DNA of 64,000 nt from positions 841-64,840 of the IMG/VR virus record IMGVR_UViG_3300035660_000007. One strand, 5' to 3'. Under the pieces are notes generated by a model. The model saw only the letters and a program-made list of their open reading frames with translations. It made no database searches and was not told the origin of the DNA. Positions 55,912-64,000 of this stretch are shown piece by piece (position 1 is the stretch's first letter; each line of letters begins with the position of its first letter). Origin of the DNA: a virus. Its lineage: Duplodnaviria; Caudoviricetes. The position numbers and the translations under genes were made by a program.

Positions 55912-56442
55912 TCAGCCTTCCCGTTCAGGTTCGACGACCACGTCGCCCATGAGCCCCAGCGCCTCCCGCAACCGCTCAACGCCTGTGCGAACCAGGTAAC
56001 AGGCGTAGTTCACGGAGATACCCATGCGTTGCGCAGTATCCGTGAATGAATAACCGGCGGCACAGAGTGCCAACGCCCTCTTGCGCTTGCGGGCGGCAGC
56101 CGACTCTGCCTCGAACTCTATCCGCCAGCACCGCTCGCGGAAGGCGGTCGGCCCTGCCAAGGCACTGTAGTAGCCTATGAAGTCCGACCAGGTGGCGAAC
56201 CCTTCCTTGTGCGCCTCGTTAGTCAGTTCGGGATTCGTGCAGAGATGGCCGGGATAAGCCTCGTAGCGGACAGCCAGAATCCGTAGGAAAGCGAACGGCT
56301 CGGCGAAGGGTGCGATGCGCGCCTCTACCTCCATCCCAGGATGCAGGCGTTTCCGCTTCGACCGGCGGCGCGTTACGGTCTTCACGCCCTCGCATATCTT
56401 GTCGGCCATCGCGTCGCGGAACAGAATGAAAGTGCGGCTCAT
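55912..56442 (-). CDS. ASCH domain fused to a sigma region-4 / LuxR-like HTH
   Basis: ILFRDAMADKICEGVKTVTRR...EAHKEGF...WRIEF ASCH; RKRALALCAAGYSFTDTAQRMGISVNYACYLVRTGVERLREAL. Confidence 0.75.
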   Translation of the reverse strand: MSRTFILFRDAMADKICEGVKTVTRRRSKRKRLHPGMEVEARIAPFAEPFAFLRILAVRYEAYPGHLCTNPELTNEAHKEGFATWSDFIGYYSALAGPTAFRERCWRIEFEAESAAARKRKRALALCAAGYSFTDTAQRMGISVNYACYLVRTGVERLREALGLMGDVVVEPEREG

Positions 56443-56494
56443 CCCGCCTCCATCAGCGCCGCCGCGCCCCAGACCAGGATTTGCACGAGGGCTG

Positions 56495-56722
56495 TCATGG
56501 CCGCCCCATCCACCTGTCAATCGCGTCGTCTATGTTATCCAAAGCCGCGTTCTGTTTTTCGGTTACGTGTTCGTGCTCTTCAATCCAGCCAGCCATTGAC
56601 TCCAGCGTTGCCTGCACTGACACCGCAAACTCCTCGGCCCGCTCCGGCAAGTCGTCTAGTTTGCGCAGCAGGTTTTCGGCGTCAGCCAGAGCATCTTCCC
56701 AGCCGCAGTCGTTACACATCAT
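56495..56722 (-). CDS. Small acidic hypothetical protein
   Basis: GGAGG RBS; ATGA coupling. Confidence 0.65.
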   Translation of the reverse strand: MMCNDCGWEDALADAENLLRKLDDLPERAEEFAVSVQATLESMAGWIEEHEHVTEKQNAALDNIDDAIDRWMGRP

Positions 56723-57051
56723 CCCACCTCCGCCGCAATCATAGCCAGCGTCAGGACGTGGCCAGCCTGGTCGCCGTGAATCGTAGTCCAGCCTTCGCAC
56801 TTCGCAAAGTCCAGAAGCCAATGCACAGCCGCCACTATAGCACCTACCGCTGGCATCGCAACCACCAGGGCGACAAGTCCGCCGTGTATCAGGGCATGGG
56901 CGGTCAGCCAGTAGAACCAATTCACCTGCGGCTTCTGGCCTGGGGGTGGTTGAAGCGTAGTATGTCGGTTCTTCCCTCGCGCCACCGCATCGGACTGCAG
57001 GGCGAAGTCGGCGAGGGCATGAGCACAGAGTAGCCAGAAGAAAGTCGTCAT
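56719..57051 (-). CDS. DUF3307-family membrane protein
   Basis: AHALADFALQ...LTAHALIH...HWLLDFAK...DQAGH. Confidence 0.85.
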   Translation of the reverse strand: MTTFFWLLCAHALADFALQSDAVARGKNRHTTLQPPPGQKPQVNWFYWLTAHALIHGGLVALVVAMPAVGAIVAAVHWLLDFAKCEGWTTIHGDQAGHVLTLAMIAAEVG

Positions 57052-57054
57052 TAT

Positions 57055-57402
57055 TCATCCCACCTCCACCGGCAACTTGGCTTGCTTGATAAACCGCTTC
57101 AAGTCTCGCAGAAGGCGCTGCTCGTTAGCGCCTTGAGGATGCGCGGCGATTGTTCCGCCCCCCGCCTGGCAACAACCTGCAGGCCACCCGTTCCACTCAA
57201 CGTAAATGCCGAAGGGCGGGATGTCCTTCTGCTCCCGGTTGCTGGGGTTCATCGCAACGCCCCACTTATTTCCGCCTGTGCTTGGCACCTCGAAGCGAAG
57301 CAGACCATCCTTGTCCAGGTGATCCGCTGCAGGCGACAGACCAGCGGCTATTGCTGCCTCCGAGCACATCAACCAGACCTGGCACATTCGGTCAGGCTTC
57401 AC
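57055..57402 (-). CDS. Hypothetical protein
   Basis: GTGA coupling; VEWNGWPAG motif. Confidence 0.6.
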   Translation of the reverse strand: MKPDRMCQVWLMCSEAAIAAGLSPAADHLDKDGLLRFEVPSTGGNKWGVAMNPSNREQKDIPPFGIYVEWNGWPAGCCQAGGGTIAAHPQGANEQRLLRDLKRFIKQAKLPVEVG

Positions 57403-58454
57403 GGCGCAACCTCCATCTCCAACCGCCCCTGTGCCCGCTCGCGGGCGAGGCGCCCGCTCAATACTGTCCATGCTCTCGCAGCCACTTGCGGAACGACTCC
57501 TTCGCCGATTGCGCGCAGTCGGTCCACCCTAAAGGCCAGCCCATCAACCACTCTACCCACGTCGGGTTCAGTTTTCCACCAACCTGCGCCCTCAACTGGC
57601 TCTGGCCCTGACCGTGCGAGTTCTTGGTCAGCGAAGTAGGCGTTCGGAACCGCACTGCCGTCCTCAAGTCCTCGCCTCCCTCGCCGTATTTCCCCGCCCC
57701 GAAGCCGTCCGACTGCCTCGGCGTCGGCCACCGTTTCACTTCCTGCTCCAATACCCTGCCACCCCTGCTCTCTATGCGGCTGCCTAGGTTGCTGCCCCGT
57801 AGGGTAGGCCACATTCGCACATTCCCCTGATCCGGCAGGTAGAAGTCCGCAGGTTTCCGCTGACTGCCCTTCGCTCCTGTCACTCCACCCTTGCCGTCGT
57901 TTGCTCTGGGAGTGCGCCAGTATGAAAAGCCTTCGCCGCAAGTGCGGCGCTCCGACTCCTGCCGCCGAGAACACATCCCATTCCGCATCATACCCGACCG
58001 AGGCCAGCGAACCGAGGACTTCTCCGAAGGCGCTGCGAAGGAGCCCTGGCACATTTTCCAGGAAGACGAAGCGGGGTCGAACTTCGCAAACCACTCTGAA
58101 GATGTCGGGCCATATCCAGCGTTCGTCGGCTGTGCCTCTCCGCTTGCCTGCGACGGAGAAGGGCTGGCAGGGTGGCCCGGAAGAGACAATATCCACTTTG
58201 CCGCGCCACGGCTTGCCGTCGAAGGTGGTAACGTCATCCCAGATAGGAGCCGCATCCAGGGCTTCGTCCGCCATGCGCGCAACAAGGACTGCGGCTGAAT
58301 GGGCTTCTCTCTCGATGTGACAGACAGTCCGGTATCCGGGTATGGCGAGTTTGATTCCAAGTTCCAGTCCGCCGACGCCGGCGCAGATTGCAAGACCGTT
58401 GAGGGTATGTAGAGCCAACTCATCGTCGGTCCTCCGCCATAAGTCGTTCATCAT
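57399..58454 (-). CDS. C5-cytosine DNA methyltransferase, alpha-type polypeptide (motifs I-VIII and X)
   Basis: ICAGVGG, GPPCQPFS, FLENVPG, PHLRRRLFI, RLRAIGEGVVP; motif IX not evident in this frame. Confidence 0.93.
   Translation of the reverse strand: MMNDLWRRTDDELALHTLNGLAICAGVGGLELGIKLAIPGYRTVCHIEREAHSAAVLVARMADEALDAAPIWDDVTTFDGKPWRGKVDIVSSGPPCQPFSVAGKRRGTADERWIWPDIFRVVCEVRPRFVFLENVPGLLRSAFGEVLGSLASVGYDAEWDVFSAAGVGAPHLRRRLFILAHSQSKRRQGWSDRSEGQSAETCGLLPAGSGECANVAYPTGQQPRQPHREQGWQGIGAGSETVADAEAVGRLRGGEIRRGRRGLEDGSAVPNAYFADQELARSGPEPVEGAGWWKTEPDVGRVVDGLAFRVDRLRAIGEGVVPQVAARAWTVLSGRLARERAQGRLEMEVAP
57458..58423 (-). CDS. Nested alternative-frame beta-type polypeptide of the C5 MTase (motif IX)
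   Basis: Own GGAGG RBS 8 nt upstream; W(P/R)TP repeats; GGKLNPTWVEWLMGWPLGWT motif IX-like. Confidence 0.75.
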   Translation of the reverse strand: MSWLYIPSTVLQSAPASADWNLESNSPYPDTGLSVTSREKPIQPQSLLRAWRTKPWMRLLSGMTLPPSTASRGAAKWILSLPGHPASPSPSQASGEAQPTNAGYGPTSSEWFAKFDPASSSWKMCQGSFAAPSEKSSVRWPRSGMMRNGMCSRRQESERRTCGEGFSYWRTPRANDGKGGVTGAKGSQRKPADFYLPDQGNVRMWPTLRGSNLGSRIESRGGRVLEQEVKRWPTPRQSDGFGAGKYGEGGEDLRTAVRFRTPTSLTKNSHGQGQSQLRAQVGGKLNPTWVEWLMGWPLGWTDCAQSAKESFRKWLREHGQY

Positions 58455-58503
58455 CCCGCCTCCATCTCCAGCCGCCCCTGCGCGCGCTCAAGCGCGATGC
58501 GCT

Positions 58504-59388
58504 TCATGCTACGACCCCAACTGGCCGGGTCTTCACGAATGGCAACGCCGCACACTGAAACCCTGCTGCGCCCTTGTGTCCGCCGCCGCCATGCCTCTTC
58601 GCAATCTCCGCGCAGTCCACGCCTTTCACGGAGTAGAGGCTGACTGTCCAGGTCGCTCCGTCGAAGTAAAAGGGCATGAGCAAGTCATACTGTTCGGCCT
58701 TGTGGCCAAAGAACTCTGACCCGCACAAGCCATTGTTGCACGCAAGCGCACGGTGGCCCTCAAAGACCGTCTCGAATGCAAGGGCTTTGACCTTATCCGC
58801 GTGCTGCCACCTGCGGTAGGCCATGACTATCTTGCCTTCCTCCCGCATTTCTCGAACGCCAGGACTAGCGTCCCAGTTGAGATAATCCCATAGACGAGCG
58901 CGCGGGTTTGTATCGTGTGCAAGGAGGCCAGCACAGAATTCTCGCGTCGCCTCGCCATACTGAAAGCGCCAAACGTCGCGGTCGCCAATCAGCCGCGTAG
59001 CAAGAGGTGCACAGTCTGCGCCTACGGCAACGCCGTCCAGGTTATCAGGCGTCTGCGTGTAGAGGTAAGTCAGGACGCAGGCTGCTATCCCATCCTCGCG
59101 CAGGCCAGGCACGTGCAACGGGATATTCGCCTCCACGACCTCGCGCTGGAACCGGTCAAGGGCCGTTTTGTGATGGTCAATCCAGACAACAGTCCGACAT
59201 GCGAGTTTCACCAGGGTATCGGTTGGTACAGAGTAATCCACCAGCCAAACCTCTGCATACTGCAGGGCGATTGCCAGCGGGAACTCGTCTTTGTAGTCAA
59301 TCTCGTAGAGTTCCGCCGATGGGCAGAGACGCCTTACCCAGTAAGCAGCACACCTTCCGTCAAGGTCGTTGTGATGAAAACAAATCAT
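58504..59388 (-). CDS. DHH/DHHA1 phosphoesterase
   Basis: HHNDLDG...LVDYS...WIDHHKT...DRDVWRF...GGGGHKGAAGF. Confidence 0.92.
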   Translation of the reverse strand: MICFHHNDLDGRCAAYWVRRLCPSAELYEIDYKDEFPLAIALQYAEVWLVDYSVPTDTLVKLACRTVVWIDHHKTALDRFQREVVEANIPLHVPGLREDGIAACVLTYLYTQTPDNLDGVAVGADCAPLATRLIGDRDVWRFQYGEATREFCAGLLAHDTNPRARLWDYLNWDASPGVREMREEGKIVMAYRRWQHADKVKALAFETVFEGHRALACNNGLCGSEFFGHKAEQYDLLMPFYFDGATWTVSLYSVKGVDCAEIAKRHGGGGHKGAAGFQCAALPFVKTRPVGVVA

Positions 59389-59468
59389 CTTCTGTTCCTC
59401 CTCTAGTTCGCGCGGGTCAATGGCTAGGGCCGAAGGCCCGCCATCGCGGTCGCTATGCGACCTAGCGA

Positions 59469-59798
59469 TCACGGCAAGAGCCTCCACTCCTCCAGGTTCG
59501 TGCCGGGCAGACGGCGCTTCTCCATCTGCACGCCGTGCTCGCGCATATCCCACAACCTCGCTCCATACCGCCAGCAGATGCGTTGGAGCGCGATGACGCT
59601 GTGCCATTCGCCGTCCGACAGGAGGGCATAGAGAAGTTCCATCTGCGTCGGCTTGCGCGGGCGCTCGCCAAGGGCAAGTTGAATGCTAGCCACGACGCCA
59701 CCGCGTTCGCGGCGGCATGGTCTGTGCTGACAGCATCGTCCCACTCGACAATCACGAGACGGCCAATAAGGTTTTCGAGTTTCGTTTTCATCCCTCAC
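59469..59798 (-). CDS. Winged-helix-like protein; true start probably downstream
   Basis: LLYALLSDGEWHS...RYGARLWDMREHG. Confidence 0.55.
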   Translation of the reverse strand: MRDENETRKPYWPSRDCRVGRCCQHRPCRRERGGVVASIQLALGERPRKPTQMELLYALLSDGEWHSVIALQRICWRYGARLWDMREHGVQMEKRRLPGTNLEEWRLLP

Positions 59799-60192
59799 CC
59801 TGCCCGCGCAGTTCGCTCATAGCATGGCCCCCTTGCCCTGCCAAGCCGAGGGGAAGTCGCTCACGCGCCATCTTCTCCAGCCCACTACGCAATTGGTCAA
59901 ACAACTGCAAGACGTCGTGCACGTGCACCCCGTCGTCATAGTGCTGGTTCACGACCAACTTTGCTGAACTCGGCCACCATTCGACCCGCAACGAGCCTCT
60001 CGTAAAAACCCAATGGTGCCCGCCGTTCGAGATTCGCAAGCCCAAGCCAGCGGCCCTACACCATGCCCTGACAATCTCACGCGCCTCCAGCGCAGCCTGC
60101 CACCGCCGTTCATGCCGAAGAGCAGGCGTTTCTCCGCCATCAAACGGCACCAGGCAACTGCGTCCTGCGCTGCGTCTATCGTGCTTGCTCAC
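59788..60192 (-). CDS. Hypothetical protein
   Basis: Coupled overlaps; NGGHHWVF...EWWPSSAKL. Confidence 0.6.
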   Translation of the reverse strand: MSKHDRRSAGRSCLVPFDGGETPALRHERRWQAALEAREIVRAWCRAAGLGLRISNGGHHWVFTRGSLRVEWWPSSAKLVVNQHYDDGVHVHDVLQLFDQLRSGLEKMARERLPLGLAGQGGHAMSELRGQGEG

Positions 60193-60887
60193 TTCGGCAT
60201 CTCCATCTCGACTGCTTGCGCAGCCAGCGCTGCAAAGTCAATGGTGCTAGCCGCCCTCGCCGCCCTCGCCGCCGCCCACGCCGCCGCCCACGCCGCCCTC
60301 GCCGCCGCCCACGCCGCCGCCCCCGCCGCCCACGCCGCCGCCCACGCCGCCGCCCACGCCGCCGCTCTCGGCGCCGCCCACGCCGCCCACGCCGCCGCCC
60401 ACGCCGCCCACGCCGCCGCCCCCGCCGCCTCCTCCCCGTCAGTCTGCGTTGCTCCCTTCCTCAGCAACGCCAGTATACTCTCGACGGCCTCGCGCACCGC
60501 CGAGAGGTCGGGGTCGCCCGCGTTCACAGCCGCACTGGCCAGCAGAGCGTAACGCAGTTGAACCCGCAGCCGGATGCGCTCGTCAACATACCAGGACGGC
60601 AGCGGTATCTCATGGGCGTCCCGGAGCAAATAGCAGCCTACTTTGAGCGGACTGTCAACCGCGACCTCGCCCTCAACCTCCCACGCGCGGCATTCTGGCC
60701 CATACTCACCGTCCATCGGGTCTTGCAGCAAGCCCACGTTCAGGTCGCGGTAGCAGTGCAGTAACCCGACCTCGCATAGCACTGTGCCGCGTTGCCCCTC
60801 CGGTATCTCGTGCGTCGCGCCCTCGGCCCATTGGAGGTCGCTGTGCTTGCTCTTGCCTGTCGTCGTCGTCAGTTTGTAGAGTTTCAT
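60189..60887 (-). CDS. Phage protein with an AAW low-complexity repeat tract
   Basis: MKLYKLT...LCEVGLLHCY...WEVEG N-domain; AAWAAWAAAW tract. Confidence 0.8.
   Translation of the reverse strand: MKLYKLTTTTGKSKHSDLQWAEGATHEIPEGQRGTVLCEVGLLHCYRDLNVGLLQDPMDGEYGPECRAWEVEGEVAVDSPLKVGCYLLRDAHEIPLPSWYVDERIRLRVQLRYALLASAAVNAGDPDLSAVREAVESILALLRKGATQTDGEEAAGAAAWAAWAAAWAAWAAPRAAAWAAAWAAAWAAGAAAWAAARAAWAAAWAAARAARAASTIDFAALAAQAVEMEMPK
60251..60430. repeat. Coding 9/12-bp tandem repeat (CCACGCCGC / CCACGCCGCCGC)
   Basis: Direct inspection; encodes AAW/AAAW units on the minus strand. Confidence 0.9.
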
Positions 60888-61420
60888 GGCATCTCCATCT
60901 GTTCTGCCAACTTCCTCGCCTCTTGAACCGGATTGATACGAATCACGGGACTCGGCACGCCCATGCCCATCTGCCGCTCGCGCCCGACCGGCATGCCGCC
61001 GAAACCCTCGGCGATGAAGGCGGGCTGGAACCGCAGCAGCTCCCGCACGGCCACCGCGCTGTGGTTGTCGCAGCCGAAGCCGGCCAGGCAGCCATCCATG
61101 ATGGCGAGGAGTTGCGACTCCAGGCGAGACTCACTTTCAAGCAGGCAGGTGTCGCGCCATTCGTGCTTGCTGCTCGCCAGGTCCGTCCGGATGAAGCAGG
61201 GCAGGCCGACCCACTGCACCGCCGACATCAGCCGCTCCATGAACTCCAGCCACCCCGCAGGCGCGGGTTTATGATCCATCATGGCGAATGCCCACTCATC
61301 CAGCATCCCGGGCTCCGGGCACCGCACCAGTTCGGTGCGCGGGCCTGGCACGCCGGACTGCAGGACGGCCGGCCACCAGATCACCATGCTGTTGGGGTCC
61401 ACGTCCCTGATCACCGTCAT
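60884..61420 (-). CDS. ATP-grasp-like phage protein, possibly truncated
   Basis: GLPCFIRTDLASSKHEW...VAVRELL...MPVGRERQ, then an unrelated-looking end. Confidence 0.5.
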   Translation of the reverse strand: MTVIRDVDPNSMVIWWPAVLQSGVPGPRTELVRCPEPGMLDEWAFAMMDHKPAPAGWLEFMERLMSAVQWVGLPCFIRTDLASSKHEWRDTCLLESESRLESQLLAIMDGCLAGFGCDNHSAVAVRELLRFQPAFIAEGFGGMPVGRERQMGMGVPSPVIRINPVQEARKLAEQMEMP

Positions 61421-61881
61421 TCTTCACCTCCGTACTTCGACCAACTCAGTGGCAACGTCTCATCTGAGCGCGCTGCCGGAACGGGCCGGCTCCCGTGCTC
61501 CCTGCGCAGGCGCGTGAACTCCCGCGCGCGCAGCACCCCGGCCCTCGTGGCCTCCTCGACGCACCCGCCCACGTGCGCGGGGCTGACGAACCAGCGCCGC
61601 CTGCCCAGCGTCCTCTCCGGCCACAGCACGATGTCGTTGCCGTCCGCCATGGCCTTGGCAATCTGGGCGGGTTGCGGGCGGCTGGACTTCACCTCCGCCT
61701 TCCACGGCATCCCCGCGCCGGGCTCGCCCCACTTCACGTCGCCGACCGCCGGGTTGTCCTGCCGCATGCCGGCCGGCACGCGCTGCGCCTCGAAGCCGAT
61801 GCCGCGCAGTATGTTGGCCGCTTCCCGCTCGACCCTCTTCCCTTTATTCACGGCGCGCCCGCCGCACATCCTTGCCTTCAC
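61417..61881 (-). CDS. Holliday junction resolvase-like PD-(D/E)XK nuclease
   Basis: KGKRVEREAANILRGIGFEAQR...GDV...AEVK. Confidence 0.75.
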   Translation of the reverse strand: MKARMCGGRAVNKGKRVEREAANILRGIGFEAQRVPAGMRQDNPAVGDVKWGEPGAGMPWKAEVKSSRPQPAQIAKAMADGNDIVLWPERTLGRRRWFVSPAHVGGCVEEATRAGVLRAREFTRLRREHGSRPVPAARSDETLPLSWSKYGGEE

Positions 61882-62477
61882 TGCCCCATCTCCGCCCCGA
61901 GCGGCAGGATCGGCTGCATGGCGCTCCGCACCCGCTCCAGCCGCCATGCGATGAGTGACGCGACCGCCTGGCGCGCGATGGTCAGCGGCCGGCGTGCCTC
62001 GGCCCTGCGCCGCGCCCAGATGCGGTGCTGCGCGCGCGTCTCGCGTTTATGGCAGCGCCAACAGAGGGTGATATAGTTGTCGAGGTCGCAGCCGTAGCCA
62101 CTCTCGGCTACCGCGACCAGGTGATGGGCCTCCCAGACCGTGCGGTTGCGCACGGCGCTGAGCCCCATCTCCCGCAGGAACTCCTCCCATCGATGCGAAT
62201 GCATCCCCATCCCGTCCGAGCCCCCGGCCACGCGCAAGCGGAACAATTCCGCTTCGAGCGCAGCGCAGTCCAGGCCGCACCCCCAGCATACGCCCCGGTC
62301 CCGCTCGAAGAGCCGTGAACGCACGAATGCCGGGCTGGTGCGTAGCAGATAATCGTCAATGCAGGCTTGACTGCACCATCTTTGGCGCGGCGGTTTTACG
62401 CCGCCTCCACACCAGCAGCACACGCCCTTCCTCGCTGGCAGGCGCATGCGGGCGAGGCGCTGCTCGATGGTCACCAC
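61878..62477 (-). CDS. HNH endonuclease-like protein
   Basis: CCWC...WCSQAC...RDRGVCWGC...WEAHHLVAV...NYITLCWRCH. Confidence 0.85.
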   Translation of the reverse strand: MVTIEQRLARMRLPARKGVCCWCGGGVKPPRQRWCSQACIDDYLLRTSPAFVRSRLFERDRGVCWGCGLDCAALEAELFRLRVAGGSDGMGMHSHRWEEFLREMGLSAVRNRTVWEAHHLVAVAESGYGCDLDNYITLCWRCHKRETRAQHRIWARRRAEARRPLTIARQAVASLIAWRLERVRSAMQPILPLGAEMGQ

Positions 62478-62511
62478 GGCACCTCATCTACGTGGCCGAG
62501 AAGCACCTCGC

Positions 62512-63003
62512 TCACGGGACGGCCTCCTTGAGGGCGGGTTGATGTCGTAGCCTATATCTCTCGCGCCAGAACTTTTCGACCTGGTGATCAACAAGGTGAG
62601 ACACACCATGACGCGCCTGCGCCGGAATGAGAACTTGGCACCCTTCCTGTCCCACCCCTATCAGGCCAATCCCGTTCCAGTCCGTCTTCGGAACCCGACT
62701 GACAACCACGTCTAGAGGCACGGCCACGTAAGACTCATCCACATGCGGGCGATTCTCACGGGCCTGCCGCAGAACTGCCGCGACTTTGGATAGTTTCAAC
62801 TCGACTGCGATGATGCGGCGATGCAGAGGCCTCCAGCCCTTCCGTCGGTTCTCGCGTCTGTTCACCATATCCCAGTCCAACTCGCAGCCGATGAGGTCAC
62901 AGTAAGACCACAGGAGCACTTCGCGTTTGACGAGGAGTCCCTGCGCCTGCAGCCAGGCCACGACTATCGGTGTCATGTCGCGTTCTCGTGCGAAGGGCTT
63001 CAC
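62512..63003 (-). CDS. PD-(D/E)XK-fold protein (MmcB-like)
   Basis: ERDM...REV...DLIG...AVELKLSK...QAREN...SYVAVP...GIGLI. Confidence 0.7.
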   Translation of the reverse strand: MKPFARERDMTPIVVAWLQAQGLLVKREVLLWSYCDLIGCELDWDMVNRRENRRKGWRPLHRRIIAVELKLSKVAAVLRQARENRPHVDESYVAVPLDVVVSRVPKTDWNGIGLIGVGQEGCQVLIPAQARHGVSHLVDHQVEKFWRERYRLRHQPALKEAVP

Positions 63004-64000
63004 GGCACAACCTCCACCGGCAACTTGCCCTGCGCCCGCTCGCGGGCGATGCGCTCGTCTATCATAGGCAGGTATTCCTGGGCAATCTCGATACCCACCC
63101 AGCGCCGGCCAAGCCGTTCCGCCACGGCCAGCGTGGTGCCCGAACCGGCGAAGGGGTCAAGCACTATGCCCGGTTGCGTTTCCTCGCAGCCGCACTGGCA
63201 CGAGGGACGCCAGCCGATGGTTTCCCGCACGCTCACGGTATCCCCGGCTGTACGACAAACCCCATCTATCGTTTCCTGGCTACCCGCCCGGATCTCGCGC
63301 GAGGCCATACGGGGATGGGCGCGGCCATCACCCACTATCTTGCCGCGATCAGCAAGCGCCCTGACCCACCCCGCCCCGCACTTCCCGCACACCTTCGGCG
63401 GGCAGCCCGCCAGGATGCAGCGGCGGGGGAGTTCTTCGGGGAAGACTGCGAAATGCGCGCCCGGATATGGCTGCGTCGCAAACCGCCACACGCTCCGGCA
63501 GTTGCGGCCCGCGTCAGGATTCACGAACGTTTTCGCCCTATACCAGGACGGGAACTCCGGGGAATCGTCAGCCGCATACTTGCTGCCCTTGGCATTCCCC
63601 TGTGTATGCCGGCCCGTCGCATTGCGGGAATCGGCGAGCGTCAACGGGGAAAGCGGCTCCCTTATCGCATCCGCGTCATACCAGTATTTTGCGCTCTTCG
63701 TCAGCAGCAGGATATATTCGTGGCTCAAGGTTGGGCGATCCTTCACCGACTCGGGCATCGGGTTCGGCTTGTCCCACACAATCACGCTCCGCACCCACCA
63801 CCCGTCCGCCTGCGCCGCCAGTGCCACGCGGAAGGGAATCAGGGCCATGTCCTTCGGTTTGGTGCCATTACCCGTCGTAGCCATCGGGGGGCGACCACCG
63901 TGCTCCTCCCACGCATCACGCGCGTAACGCTCCTTGCGCCGCGTCCGCTGCTTGCCGTTCCGCGCGCCATAGTTTCCCCAACTGCCCAGATACGAATCCC
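63000..64000 (-). CDS. N4C/N6A DNA methyltransferase, 5'-partial (continues beyond the window)
   Basis: GDSY...[16 protein letters not shown]...HEY...HFAVFP...[11 protein letters not shown]. Confidence 0.92.
   Translation of the reverse strand, partial: DSYLGSWGNYGARNGKQRTRRKERYARDAWEEHGGRPPMATTGNGTKPKDMALIPFRVALAAQADGWWVRSVIVWDKPNPMPESVKDRPTLSHEYILLLTKSAKYWYDADAIREPLSPLTLADSRNATGRHTQGNAKGSKYAADDSPEFPSWYRAKTFVNPDAGRNCRSVWRFATQPYPGAHFAVFPEELPRRCILAGCPPKVCGKCGAGWVRALADRGKIVGDGRAHPRMASREIRAGSQETIDGVCRTAGDTVSVRETIGWRPSCQCGCEETQPGIVLDPFAGSGTTLAVAERLGRRWVGIEIAQEYLPMIDERIARERAQGKLPVEVVP

Larger units (their letters stand above)
1..64000. mobile_element. Tailed phage (siphovirus-like) genome segment; may be a free phage or prophage, ends not visible
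   Basis: Canonical order terminase-portal-protease-capsid-neck-tail tube-chaperone-tape measure-fibre-lysis; phage-type genes run to both window edges. Confidence 0.97.

Noticed and set aside
59690-59791. Separate gene starting MKTKLENLIGRLVIVEWDDA
   Set aside because: Looks like an N-terminal remnant running out of frame into the winged-helix gene; no support for an intact product
60251-60430. CRISPR-like array
   Set aside because: Units are 9-12 bp with no unique spacers and lie in frame inside a CDS
1-64000. Integrase, att sites, cos/pac site, tRNA or rRNA genes
   Set aside because: None recognisable by eye; lifestyle and genome ends cannot be determined from this window

Overview
The whole 64 kb window is a high-GC tailed-phage (siphovirus-like, HK97-type head) genome segment. 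No host genes, integrase, att site, tRNA or CRISPR array were seen. Layout: a short minus-strand block (189-1737) with sigma70-type promoters; a long plus-strand late region (about 2100-55780); and a convergent minus-strand operon (55912 to beyond 64000) of small replication, recombination and DNA-methylation genes. The late region carries ParB proteins, DNA MTases, TerS, an intein-containing TerL, a portal-MuF-HExxH fusion, prohead protease, capsid, neck, tail tube, a frameshifted chaperone, tape measure, fibre, amidase and holin-like genes. Most notable: (1) about 12 glycosyl-, methyl- and nucleotidyl-transferase and B12-radical-SAM genes inserted among virion genes, a possible virion- or surface-glycosylation system; (2) a 13-bp motif, CCTGGAATATACC, in front of late genes, together with a sigma-region-2-only gene and a nearby ASCH-sigma-region-4-like fusion, a possible minimal or split late sigma factor; (3) a degenerate 50-65 bp non-coding element in three copies at operon ends; (4) a rod-like intergenic hairpin of about 120 nt; (5) a C5 methyltransferase encoded in two overlapping frames. 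All product calls come from reading motifs by eye, not from database searches.
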